A DNA stretch of 64,000 nt from Gallionella sp. (GCA_035529795.1 DATKVZ010000034.1:92547-156546); one strand, 5' to 3'. Positions 1 to 8,700 are shown, numbered from the stretch's first letter. Notes: a model not told the origin generated them from the sequence alone. Made by a program: numbers and translations.

Positions 1-207
1 TTCAAGAAGAAACTCGCCGAACGCTTGCACAATCCTTGCGTCCCTTCCGCCCTGCTGTCCGGCCACAAGGATCGCTACAAAATCAAACTGCGTGATGCGG
101 GCTATCGCCTGGTATACGAAGTGCGCGACAAGGTATTGATGGTCGTGGTCGTCGCGGTGGGCAAGCGCGAACGGAATGCAGTGTACAAGGTTGCGGCAAA
201 ACGCTGA
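1..207 (+). CDS. RelE/StbE-family mRNA interferase toxin, 5' end outside window
   Basis: Frame is open from base 1 (FKKKLAERLHNP...YKIKLRDAGYRLVYEV), a typical RelE/StbE C-terminal half. Confidence 0.8.
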   Translation, partial: FKKKLAERLHNPCVPSALLSGHKDRYKIKLRDAGYRLVYEVRDKVLMVVVVAVGKRERNAVYKVAAKR

Positions 208-379
208 ATGCCAAACGGCTCGCTGCGGTGGCGGAAAAGGCATATATAGGTCTTTCGGTATATTGACCCGGCTGCAAGAGCGGGGTAGTGTGCACCCGCT
301 CCTTTACAAACACCGCTAGGACAAACACTCGCAATGACTTGGAATAGATGGCTTCCCGATTGCGCAGGAGAAATGGCTG

Positions 380-652
380 ATGAAATTTGAATGGGATGAA
401 GAAAAATTCGCCCTCAATTTGCGTAAGCATGGCGTATCTTTTGCCGAAGCCTCCACCGCCTTTGCAGATAATTTATCGCTCACTGGCGAAGACCCGGATC
501 ATTCACGCGGAGAGCATCGGCTTATTACCTTTGGCATATCATCTGCCGGACGGTTGTTGGTAATCTCTCATGTGGAACGTAGCGGACATATCCGCATCAT
601 CAGCGCCAGGCCCGCGACACGAACCGAAAGGAAATTTTATGAAGAAACTTGA
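380..652 (+). CDS. BrnT-family toxin
   Basis: MKFEWDEEK...KHGVSF...RIISAR.AT..ER motifs; AGGAG upstream. Confidence 0.85.
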   Translation: MKFEWDEEKFALNLRKHGVSFAEASTAFADNLSLTGEDPDHSRGEHRLITFGISSAGRLLVISHVERSGHIRIISARPATRTERKFYEET

Positions 653-875
653 AAAATCAGCAGATGAATTAAGGCCAGAATATTACCGCGAAGATTTCGG
701 CAAAATGACGCGTGGAAAATATGCAAAGCAAGTCAAAGCCGCATCGAATGTAGTCGTGCTCACACCCGAAGTTGCCAAGGCTTTCCCCAATGAAGCGGCA
801 GTCAATCAGGCGCTGCTGGGGCTGTTGGAAATTGCCAAGTCAGCCAATGTAAAGCCCCGCACGGCTCGCAAGTAG
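639..875 (+). CDS. BrnA-like antitoxin
   Basis: ATG at 639 overlaps the BrnT 3' end; DELRPEY...RGKYA...VAKAFPNEAAVNQAL pattern. Confidence 0.7.
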   Translation: MKKLEKSADELRPEYYREDFGKMTRGKYAKQVKAASNVVVLTPEVAKAFPNEAAVNQALLGLLEIAKSANVKPRTARK

Positions 876-981
876 CAGAGTGAAATTCGTGAAATTGTCG
901 GTGCTGAAAAAATAATTTGAACCCGACCCCTTTTGCCATTGTGGTTGATAGATGGGATAAACTGCGAGCACGAAACTTTAG

Positions 982-1140
982 ATAGACATTCGCACGCTGG
1001 AAATCATCGAGGGTAGTTTGCCGAAACTCGCACTGGCGATGGTGCTTGAATGGGCAGCACAACATCGGGAAGAGTTAATGGAGGACTGGAACCTATGTCA
1101 ATCGAGACAGCTACCAAAGAACACCCCCCCGCTGGAGTAG
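982..1140 (+). pseudogene. DUF4160-family gene, 5'-truncated
   Basis: Hand translation IDIRTLEIIEGSLPKLALAMVLEWAAQHREELMEDWNLCQSRQLPKNTPPLE*; in-frame TAG at 979-981 and N-terminus absent; overlaps the DUF2442 gene. Confidence 0.7.
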
Positions 1141-1415
1141 TAACGCCAGCACCTTGGCGAGCACGAACCGTCAGCGTGCCCCCGGGGTATCGGCTTTCCG
1201 TCACATGCAACGACGGCACAAATGGCGTTGTCGATATATCCCGCCTGGTTGCAAGCGAGCGGGCTGGCATCTTTGCCGCGCTCAAAGATGAAAAATTATT
1301 CAATCAGGTCAGCATCGAACTCGGTGCGCTTATTTGGCCGAATGGCGCCGACCTTGATCCTGTCTGGCTACATGAAGAAATTGAAGAAAATAAAACGTGG
1401 CTTGCCCCCGGTTAA
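1095..1415 (+). CDS. DUF2442-family protein (partner of DUF4160, putative TA pair)
   Basis: YRLSVTCNDG...F.QVSIELGALIWPNGADLDP motif. Confidence 0.8.
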   Translation: MSIETATKEHPPAGVVTPAPWRARTVSVPPGYRLSVTCNDGTNGVVDISRLVASERAGIFAALKDEKLFNQVSIELGALIWPNGADLDPVWLHEEIEENKTWLAPG

Positions 1416-1419
1416 TGTG

Positions 1420-1761
1420 ATGAATAACTACATTCACATTCTTTTCTTTGGTTTGTTTGCAGTCAATGCTACTTCATACGCGGCTGCACCAGAGATGACC
1501 CCATTTCTTTCAGCTCAAGTGCTCAAGGAGAATCTCAACTCAAAAGACCCCTCGAAATTTGGTTCCGCTATCAGCTACGTTGGCGGCATAGCCGATTACC
1601 TCCTGAGTAAGAAGAAAATCTGCCCTCCTCCTGGGGCTTCGGTAGCATCCGCTGCTATGCTTGCCAAAGCAGATCTAAATAAAGACTCATACGAATACCG
1701 GCATTTATCCGCTGCAACTCCTGTTACGTTCGCACTCCTAATAGGATGGAGTTGTAAATGA
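1420..1761 (+). CDS. Secreted Rap1a/Tai4-like immunity-family protein
   Basis: Signal peptide; YVGGIAD...ICPP...H.SAA..V..AL...WSC pattern resembles the Rap1a family. Confidence 0.55.
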   Translation: MNNYIHILFFGLFAVNATSYAAAPEMTPFLSAQVLKENLNSKDPSKFGSAISYVGGIADYLLSKKKICPPPGASVASAAMLAKADLNKDSYEYRHLSAATPVTFALLIGWSCK

Positions 1762-2033
1762 TGATTGGAGCCGTGACAGTTTGGCTTTCTGAGCGAAGCT
1801 GCTTCTGGTGGATAAATGAAATAGGCATCCTGCTCGAGATTGTTGGAGCACTTACCGTAGTCCTTGCCGCATTCCGCAGCAGAGCGGAGATAAAGGGCAT
1901 CCCAGATTCATGGGATGCGGAGCTCGCCACAAAACTTCGCAACATCATTGCTGCACAGGCATTCACAGAGCTAACGGGCTTCGGTCTACTGACGCTTGGT
2001 CTTTTTGCACAACTGATTGGCGGGTTTGCATAA
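1758..2033 (+). CDS. Hypothetical small membrane protein
   Basis: 91-aa ORF with two hydrophobic segments, coupled to the upstream stop (ATGA overlap). Confidence 0.55.
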   Translation: MMIGAVTVWLSERSCFWWINEIGILLEIVGALTVVLAAFRSRAEIKGIPDSWDAELATKLRNIIAAQAFTELTGFGLLTLGLFAQLIGGFA

Positions 2034-2089
2034 TCTGAGAGTTAATAGGGTCAGGTTGAGGCTTTGACACCCACATATCAATTTAGCCA

Positions 2090-2163
2090 GCGGGCGCAAT
2101 AACCAATGGGCATTGCGCCGCATGAAAACATTCGGCGGAATACGCTGCTCTATTCCACCCTAC
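2090..2163. repeat. Degenerate GTAG-type REP doublet
   Basis: gggcgcaata...attgcgccg and cggcggaata...tattccaccctac: two inverted hairpins, the second ending in CTAC. Confidence 0.5.
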
Positions 2164-2170
2164 AAAAACT

Positions 2171-3088
2171 ATGCCACGCACTCTCCAATCCCTCTTGACA
2201 CAAGACAAAGTCACGCTGGAATCCACGCTATCGCTGGATGCCGGTACGGCGCGCATCGAGGTGCAGATGCTGTTGCAGCATACGCTGGGCGTTTCGCGCG
2301 CGTATCTGTTGGCGCATCCAGAACAGGTATTAGACGGGGCACAGGCTACGGCCTATCGTGCATTATTGCAGCGCCGTCTGGCGGGTGAGCCGCTTGCCTA
2401 TATCCTCGGCGAGCGCGAGTTCTTCGGGTTGAATTTCAAAATCACACCCGCGACGTTGATTCCGCGCCCCGACACCGAGTTGCTGGTAGAGCTGGCGTTG
2501 GCGCGGATTCCTGAACAACACCCCTCACCCGGCCTTACGGCCACCCTCTCCCGCTTGCGGGAGAGGGGCTGGGGGAGAGGAGGTTTATTTCGTGTACTCG
2601 ATCTCGGCACCGGTAGCGGTGCGATCGCGCTTGCCATCGCGCATGCGCGGCCGGATGCAGAAGTGACGGCGGTGGATGCGTCGCCGGAGGCCTTGGAAGT
2701 GGCGCGCGACAATGCGCAGCGGCTGAACATCAGCAACGCGCGACTGCTGCGCAGCGACTGGTTTTCCGCGCTGCCGGGTGAGCGTTTCGATCTGGTCGTT
2801 GCCAATCCGCCCTACATCGCCGATGGTGACGCACATCTCGCGCAGGGCGATCTGCGCTTTGAGCCGCGTACGGCGCTGGCTTCTGGCACGGACGGGCTGG
2901 ACGACATCCGCCGCATCGTCGCGGGTGCGAAAAGGCATCTCAATGCCGGTGGCTGGCTGCTGTTCGAGCATGGCTACGACCAGGCCGGGCAAGCACGGGC
3001 ACTGCTTTATGCGGCGGGGTTTGCCGAGGTGTTTTCGGCGCGCGACCTGGCGGGAATCGAGCGGGTCAGCGGCGCCACGATTCCCTGA
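2171..3088 (+). CDS. prmC: Release factor glutamine methyltransferase PrmC/HemK with ~21-aa palindrome-derived insertion
   Basis: GEPLAYI, LIPRPDTE, VLDLGTGSG and NPPY motifs. Confidence 0.95.
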   Translation: MPRTLQSLLTQDKVTLESTLSLDAGTARIEVQMLLQHTLGVSRAYLLAHPEQVLDGAQATAYRALLQRRLAGEPLAYILGEREFFGLNFKITPATLIPRPDTELLVELALARIPEQHPSPGLTATLSRLRERGWGRGGLFRVLDLGTGSGAIALAIAHARPDAEVTAVDASPEALEVARDNAQRLNISNARLLRSDWFSALPGERFDLVVANPPYIADGDAHLAQGDLRFEPRTALASGTDGLDDIRRIVAGAKRHLNAGGWLLFEHGYDQAGQARALLYAAGFAEVFSARDLAGIERVSGATIP

Positions 3089-3140
3089 CCGGATTATTTG
3101 TCAGCGCATGGCCTTTCCGGCATAATTCACCCGCCGTTCA

Positions 3141-3323
3141 GACCAATGGGAGAGCGTGTCAGCCAGCGTCGTTTCAACGACCCTGACACCGCCGAAGGCG
3201 CAACACCCGCAACCGCTCAGGCTCACGAACTATTGGTACAGGCAAATCTGGAGAGCGTTGGATTACCAACCACCGAAGGGGCACACAACGCGAGTTGTAA
3301 TCTCTCAGGTACCAAAGACAGAT
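3141..3323 (+). ncRNA. Tandem glycine riboswitch (two aptamers)
   Basis: Two GGAGAG...CCGAAGG.GCA...CTCAGG units (about 3141-3237 and 3245-3323) directly upstream of gcvT. Confidence 0.92.
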
Positions 3324-3326
3324 GGG

Positions 3327-3359
3327 GCGCAGCGCAGTTGCGCTGCGTCTTTTTCTTTT
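3327..3359 (+). terminator. Intrinsic terminator-like expression platform of the glycine riboswitch
   Basis: gcgcagcgc-agtt-gcgctgcgt stem followed by a T-rich tract, 13 nt before the gcvT ATG. Confidence 0.65.
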
Positions 3360-3372
3360 CCGGAAAATTGAC

Positions 3373-4461
3373 ATGACACTCAAGCAAACTCCGCTCAATG
3401 CAGCACACCGCACAATGGGCGCGAAGATGGTCGATTTCGGCGGCTGGGACATGCCGGTGAACTACGGTTCGCAAATCGACGAACATCATCAGGTACGCAA
3501 CGACTGCGGCATGTTTGATGTATCACACATGCGCACATTGGACATTAAGGGTAAGGGGGTACGCGACTTTTTGCGTTATTTGCTGGCGAACAACGCCAAC
3601 AAACTCACTACACCCGGCAAGGCACTGTATTCCTGCATGCTGAGCCCGGACGGTGGCGTGATCGACGATCTCATTATTTACTTCATGAGCGAACAGTGGT
3701 TCCGCATCGTGGTCAATGCGGGCACGGCGGACAAGGACATCGCGTGGATGAGGCAGCAGGCGGCACAGCATGCGCCGCAGCTCGCCATCATCTCGCGTGA
3801 CGACTTGGCGATGGTCGCGGTGCAGGGGCCGAATGCGCGCGCCAGGGTATGGCAAGTGCTGCCAGAGACCCGTACGGCTACCGAAGGTTTGCAGAACTTC
3901 CAGGCTACCGATTGCGGCGAATATTTCATTGCGCGCACCGGTTACACCGGTGAAGACGGCTTCGAAATCATGCTACCAAAAGAAAAAGTGGAGGGACTCT
4001 GGCACGCGCTGAACAAGGCGGGTGTAAAACCCATTGGCCTTGGCGCGCGCGATACGCTGCGCCTCGAAGCAGGTATGAATTTGTACGGGCAGGATATGGA
4101 CGAAAGCGTCGGACCGCTTGAATCCGGCCTTGCGTGGACGGTGGACCTGCAGAGTGAGCGCGACTTCATCGGCAAGGCCGCCCTGCTCGCCAACCCGCCA
4201 ACCCGCAAGCTGGTCGGGCTGGTGTTGCTGGATCGCGGGATACTGCGCGGCCACCAGCGTGTGCATACCGCGCACGGCGAAGGCGAGATTACCAGTGGCA
4301 GTTTTTCGCCCACTCTGGAAAAATCCATCGCGCTGGCGCGTGTGCCGAAAGAAGTACAGGTCGGCGACCAGGTACAGGTGGCGATTCGCGATAAAATGCT
4401 GGCGGCAAAAGTGGTGAAGTATCCGTTCGTGCGCAATGGGAAAGCAGTCGTTAGCGGTTAG
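3373..4461 (+). CDS. gcvT: Glycine cleavage aminomethyltransferase T
   Basis: [40 protein letters not shown]. Confidence 0.97.
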   Translation: MTLKQTPLNAAHRTMGAKMVDFGGWDMPVNYGSQIDEHHQVRNDCGMFDVSHMRTLDIKGKGVRDFLRYLLANNANKLTTPGKALYSCMLSPDGGVIDDLIIYFMSEQWFRIVVNAGTADKDIAWMRQQAAQHAPQLAIISRDDLAMVAVQGPNARARVWQVLPETRTATEGLQNFQATDCGEYFIARTGYTGEDGFEIMLPKEKVEGLWHALNKAGVKPIGLGARDTLRLEAGMNLYGQDMDESVGPLESGLAWTVDLQSERDFIGKAALLANPPTRKLVGLVLLDRGILRGHQRVHTAHGEGEITSGSFSPTLEKSIALARVPKEVQVGDQVQVAIRDKMLAAKVVKYPFVRNGKAVVSG

Positions 4462-4484
4462 TTCAAACCGCACAGCGACGAAAC

Positions 4485-4531
4485 CAACTAACAACTAACA
4501 ACTAACAACTAACAACTAACAACTAACAACT
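4485..4531 (+). repeat. Heptamer tandem repeat (CAACTAA) x6.7
   Basis: Six perfect units plus CAACT, abutting the gcvH RBS (GGAGA 4532-4536). Confidence 0.95.
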
Positions 4532-4541
4532 GGAGATTCAA

Positions 4542-4931
4542 ATGAGCAACCCGAGCAATCTGAAATACACCGCCTCCCACGAATGGATCCGAAGCGAAGC
4601 GGACGGCACCATCAGTATCGGTATTACGCAACACGCGCAGGAAGCGCTGGGTGACATGGTGTTTGTCGAAACCCCGGCAGTGGGTCGCAAGCTCAAAACT
4701 GGGGAAGAGTGCGTTGTGGTGGAATCGGTCAAAGCCGCTGCGGACGTATACGCACCGGTGAGCGGCGAGGTGGTGGCGGTAAATAGTGAACTTGATAGCA
4801 CGCCGGAAGCCATTAACGCCGACCCGTATGCTGCGTGGATATTCCGTATGAAGCCGGACAACGCGGCGGATGTCACCGCACTGATGGATGCGGCGGCGTA
4901 TCAGGCCGTCGTGGACAGCGAAGCCCATTAG
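4542..4931 (+). CDS. gcvH: Glycine cleavage H protein
   Basis: HEW...GIT.HAQ..LGD, lipoyl-lysine motif VESVKAA. Confidence 0.97.
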   Translation: MSNPSNLKYTASHEWIRSEADGTISIGITQHAQEALGDMVFVETPAVGRKLKTGEECVVVESVKAAADVYAPVSGEVVAVNSELDSTPEAINADPYAAWIFRMKPDNAADVTALMDAAAYQAVVDSEAH

Positions 4932-4935
4932 GTGA

Positions 4936-5064
4936 AGTAGTTATTAGACGTAAGTTGTTAGTCAAATCCGCGAGCGGACTACACCAACTAACTACTATTA
5001 TGTAACAACTACTTCGCACAACTTTTATTTTTAACTTCCGACTAACGTCTAGCAACTACCAACT
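4936..5064. repeat. Inverted degenerate heptamer-repeat element
   Basis: Left arm gtagtta-ttagacg-taagttg-ttagtc is complementary to right arm gactaa-cgtctag-caactac (one unit fewer). Confidence 0.7.
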
Positions 5065-5069
5065 GCCCC

Positions 5070-6581
5070 ATGCCCTTTATCCCCCACACCGAGCAAGATA
5101 TTACAGCGATGCTCGCCAGCATCGGCGCAAAAGATATCAACACGCTGTTCGATGAAATTCCTGCCGCGCTGAAAAGCGGCAAGCTCACTGCTATTGGTGA
5201 CGGCCTGAACGAGATGCAGGTATCGCGCCTGATGCATGAACGTGCCGCGCAGGATAGCCAACCGCTCAATTTCATTGGCGCGGGTGCCTACGAGCACCAC
5301 ATCCCCGCTGCTGTCTGGGAAATCGTCACGCGCGGTGAGTATTACACCGCCTACACACCGTATCAGGCCGAGGCCAGCCAGGGCACACTGCAAACGCTGT
5401 ACGAGTACCAGACCATGATCGCGTCGTTGACCGGTATGGATGCATCCAATGCCAGCCTTTATGACGGCGCATCCGGCTTGGCAGAAGCGATCCTGATGGC
5501 GGTGCGCGCGCACAAGACTTCGCGCCGTGTGTTGCTGCCCGCCACCGTCAGCCCGCTGTATCGCAGCGTGGTGCGCAGCATCGTCAAATTGCAAAACATC
5601 GAACTGATAGAAATCCCGTTCGATCCCACCACCGGTACTATTGATCTCAAGGCGCTGCAACAATACGCCGGCAGCGACCTTGCCGCACTAGTCATCCCGC
5701 AGCCGAATTTTTTCGGCGCATTGGAAGATGTCGATGCGCTGACCGACTGGGTGCACGCACAAAATGCGCTGGCGGTCGCTTTGGTCAATCCGGTTTCGCT
5801 CGCTCTGCTGAAAGCGCCGGGTAACTGGGGAAGCCCCTCTCCTCAATCCTCTGATAAAACAACTAGCCATTTGACTACGCCTGCAAGCGGGCAAGTCACT
5901 GGTTATCCCGCAGGCGGGAGAGGAGGCGAACGTGAAGTGGGGCAAGCAGGTATTTTGTCGCAAGACAAAAACTCGCAAAATCAATTGTTGATTCCCGGCG
6001 CGGATATCGCGGTCGGCGACGGTCAGCCGCTCGGCGCGCCACTGTCCAGCGGTGGCCCGTATTTCGGCTTCATGTGCTGCAAGCAGGCGCTGGTGCGCCA
6101 GATGCCGGGGCGCATCATCGGTCGCACCGTGGATATGGATGGCAAGCCGGGCTTCACGCTGACGCTACAGGCCCGCGAGCAGCACATCCGCCGCGCCAAG
6201 GCGACTTCCAATATTTGCAGCAACCAGGGATTGATGGTGGCTGCAGCCACCATTCACATGGCATTGCTCGGTGCAGACGGTCTGCGCCGCGTCGCCGCAA
6301 CGTCATATACCAACACACAAACACTGCTGGAAAAATTGTGCGCCATCCCCGGTGTAAAACCGGCGTTTGGCACACCCAGTTTCCACGAGGCGGTAGTGCA
6401 ATTACCCAAACCAGCCGCCGCAGTATTGGCTAGAATGGAAGCGCAGGATGTGCTTGGTGGCTATGATCTTTCCACGCACTATCCGCAATTGGGCAATGCG
6501 ATTCTGGTATGCGCTACCGAAACCAAAACGGTGGCCGACCTGCAACGCTGTGCCGACACACTGCAATCTGTCCTCAACTAA
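5070..6581 (+). CDS. gcvPA: Glycine decarboxylase subunit 1 with ~55-aa insertion
   Basis: [26 protein letters not shown]; 503 aa. Confidence 0.95.
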   Translation: MPFIPHTEQDITAMLASIGAKDINTLFDEIPAALKSGKLTAIGDGLNEMQVSRLMHERAAQDSQPLNFIGAGAYEHHIPAAVWEIVTRGEYYTAYTPYQAEASQGTLQTLYEYQTMIASLTGMDASNASLYDGASGLAEAILMAVRAHKTSRRVLLPATVSPLYRSVVRSIVKLQNIELIEIPFDPTTGTIDLKALQQYAGSDLAALVIPQPNFFGALEDVDALTDWVHAQNALAVALVNPVSLALLKAPGNWGSPSPQSSDKTTSHLTTPASGQVTGYPAGGRGGEREVGQAGILSQDKNSQNQLLIPGADIAVGDGQPLGAPLSSGGPYFGFMCCKQALVRQMPGRIIGRTVDMDGKPGFTLTLQAREQHIRRAKATSNICSNQGLMVAAATIHMALLGADGLRRVAATSYTNTQTLLEKLCAIPGVKPAFGTPSFHEAVVQLPKPAAAVLARMEAQDVLGGYDLSTHYPQLGNAILVCATETKTVADLQRCADTLQSVLN

Positions 6582-6598
6582 CTCAGGAGAATTTCAAA

Positions 6599-7099
6599 AT
6601 GAGTACCGTCAAATTAAAAGGCAACACCGTCAACCTGCTCGGCGATTTTCCCCAAGTGGGCCAGTCCGCACCGGTGTTTACGCTGGTGGACAAAGATCTC
6701 AAGGATGTCACGCTGGACAATTTTGTCGGCAAACGCAAGGTGCTGAATATCGTGCCGAGCCTCGACACTGCGGTGTGCGCCACGTCTACACGAAAATTCA
6801 ACGAAGCGGCCAGCAAACTCAACAATACCGTGGTGCTGGTAATCTCAGCCGACCTGCCGTTCGCCATGAACCGCTTCTGTGTTGCCGAAGGGCTGAACAA
6901 CGTCGTCACACTGTCGCTAATGCGTGGGCGCGAATTCATGCGCAACTACGGTGTGGAGATTGCCGATTCCGGCCTGCGCGGCGTCGCCGCACGCGCCGTA
7001 GTGGTGCTTGATGAAAATAATAAAGTGACCTACACCGAGCTGGTGCCGGAGATCACGCAGGAGCCAAACTACGATGCGGCGCTGACAGCGTTAAAATAA
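6599..7099 (+). CDS. tpx: Thiol peroxidase (atypical 2-Cys peroxiredoxin)
   Basis: [18 protein letters not shown]; AGGAG upstream of ATG 6599. Confidence 0.93.
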   Translation: MSTVKLKGNTVNLLGDFPQVGQSAPVFTLVDKDLKDVTLDNFVGKRKVLNIVPSLDTAVCATSTRKFNEAASKLNNTVVLVISADLPFAMNRFCVAEGLNNVVTLSLMRGREFMRNYGVEIADSGLRGVAARAVVVLDENNKVTYTELVPEITQEPNYDAALTALK

Positions 7100-7103
7100 A
7101 AAC

Positions 7104-7190
7104 CGTCATTCCCGCGCAGGCGGGAATTCAGCAGTATAAAAATGCTTTTTTGTTTAAACCTATTAGATTCCCGCCTGCGCGGGAATGGCG
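7104..7190. repeat. Inverted pair of ATTCCC-N8-GGGAAT (dRS3-like) palindromes
   Basis: attcccgcgcaggcgggaat (7108-7127) and attcccgcctgcgcgggaat (7167-7186). Confidence 0.85.
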
Positions 7191-7215
7191 AAATCTGGAC
7201 TTGAGGAATAATGCC

Positions 7216-8700
7216 GTGCTGATTTTCGAACGCTCCCGCCCCGGCCGCCGCAATGCGGCGCAAGCTCCGAACCACCTTGTAGCGGCCAGCGGCCCTTCGG
7301 CTGAGCTCAGTGCAGACATTCCCGCCGCGCTGTTGCGTCAGGATCAGCCACTGTTACCGGAAGCCTCGGAGATGGATGTGGTGCGTCATTACACCGGGCT
7401 GTCACAGAAGAATTTTTCCATCGATACGCATTTCTATCCGCTCGGCTCCTGCACCATGAAATACAACCCGCGCGCCTGCAACACGCTGGCGATGCTGCCT
7501 AACTTTCTGGCACGCCATCCGCTCGCACCGGAATCCACCGGCCAGGGCGTACTGGCCTGTCTGCATGATTTGCAGGAAATCCTCAAGGGCGTAACCGGTA
7601 TGGCAGGTATCTCGCTTGCGCCGATGGCGGGCGCGCAAGGCGAATTCGCCGGCATCGCGATGATCCGCGCCTATCATGATGCGCGTGGCGACACCGCGCG
7701 CAATGAAATCATCGTGCCGGATGCGGCACACGGCACCAACCCGGCCACGGCGGTGATGTGCGGCTATACCGTGAAGGAGATTCCGACCAACGCGAACGGC
7801 GACGTGGATCTCGATGCACTGCGCGCCGCCACCGGACCGCAGACTGCCGGGCTAATGCTCACCAATCCTTCCACCCTGGGTGTGTTTGAGAAACGTATTC
7901 AGGACATTCAAAAAATTATCCACGACGCAGGCGGCCTGCTGTATTACGACGGCGCCAATTTGAATGCGATTCTCGGCAAGGTCAAGCCGGGTGACATGGG
8001 GTTCGACGTGATCCACATGAACCTGCACAAGACCTTCTCCACGCCGCACGGCGGCGGTGGGCCGGGCGCAGGTGCGGTGGGGGTGGCACAGCGCCTGCTG
8101 CCGTTTCTGCCGCTACCGGTAGTCGCAAAGCAAGACGAAACTTATCGTTATTTAACCGAAGCCGACCTGCCGCAATCCATCGGCCATCTATCCGCCTTCG
8201 CGGGTAATGTTGGTGTTCTGCTGCGCGCCTATGTGTATGCGCGCATGCTCGGCGCGCAGGGCATGCTGCGTGTCGCCGAATTCGCCACGCTGAATGCCAA
8301 CTATATGATGGCGGAATTGCACAAGGCCGGTTTCACCGTCGCCTTTCCGCAACGCCGCGCCAGCCACGAATTTATCATTTCGATGAAACCGCTCAAGGAT
8401 GCCACCGGCATCTCCGCAATGGACGTGGCGAAACGCCTGCTGGACAAGGGCTTCCACCCGCCCACCACCTACTTCCCGATGCTGGTGCCGGAATGTCTGC
8501 TGATCGAGCCGACCGAAACCGAGTCGAAAGAGACACTGGATGCCTTTATCGCCGCACTGAAGGAAATCCGTGACGAGGCTTATGCCTCGCCGGAACTGGT
8601 AAAGAACGCACCGCACACCATGCCGGTGCGCCGCCTCGATGACGTAAAAGCCGCGCGTGAACTCGACCTGACCTGGAAGCCAGCCGTATACACGGCATGA
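7216..8700 (+). CDS. gcvPB: Glycine decarboxylase subunit 2
   Basis: [30 protein letters not shown] (PLP lysine); GTG 7216 with GAGGA upstream. Confidence 0.95.
   Translation: MLIFERSRPGRRNAAQAPNHLVAASGPSAELSADIPAALLRQDQPLLPEASEMDVVRHYTGLSQKNFSIDTHFYPLGSCTMKYNPRACNTLAMLPNFLARHPLAPESTGQGVLACLHDLQEILKGVTGMAGISLAPMAGAQGEFAGIAMIRAYHDARGDTARNEIIVPDAAHGTNPATAVMCGYTVKEIPTNANGDVDLDALRAATGPQTAGLMLTNPSTLGVFEKRIQDIQKIIHDAGGLLYYDGANLNAILGKVKPGDMGFDVIHMNLHKTFSTPHGGGGPGAGAVGVAQRLLPFLPLPVVAKQDETYRYLTEADLPQSIGHLSAFAGNVGVLLRAYVYARMLGAQGMLRVAEFATLNANYMMAELHKAGFTVAFPQRRASHEFIISMKPLKDATGISAMDVAKRLLDKGFHPPTTYFPMLVPECLLIEPTETESKETLDAFIAALKEIRDEAYASPELVKNAPHTMPVRRLDDVKAARELDLTWKPAVYTA

Noticed and set aside
1-2170. 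Integron cassette array at the left TA cluster
   Set aside because: No RYYYAAC...GTTRRRY palindromes found between the ORFs by eye
3098-3376. ORFs upstream of gcvT and the 17-codon extension of gcvT
   Set aside because: Region is occupied by the glycine riboswitch and its terminator
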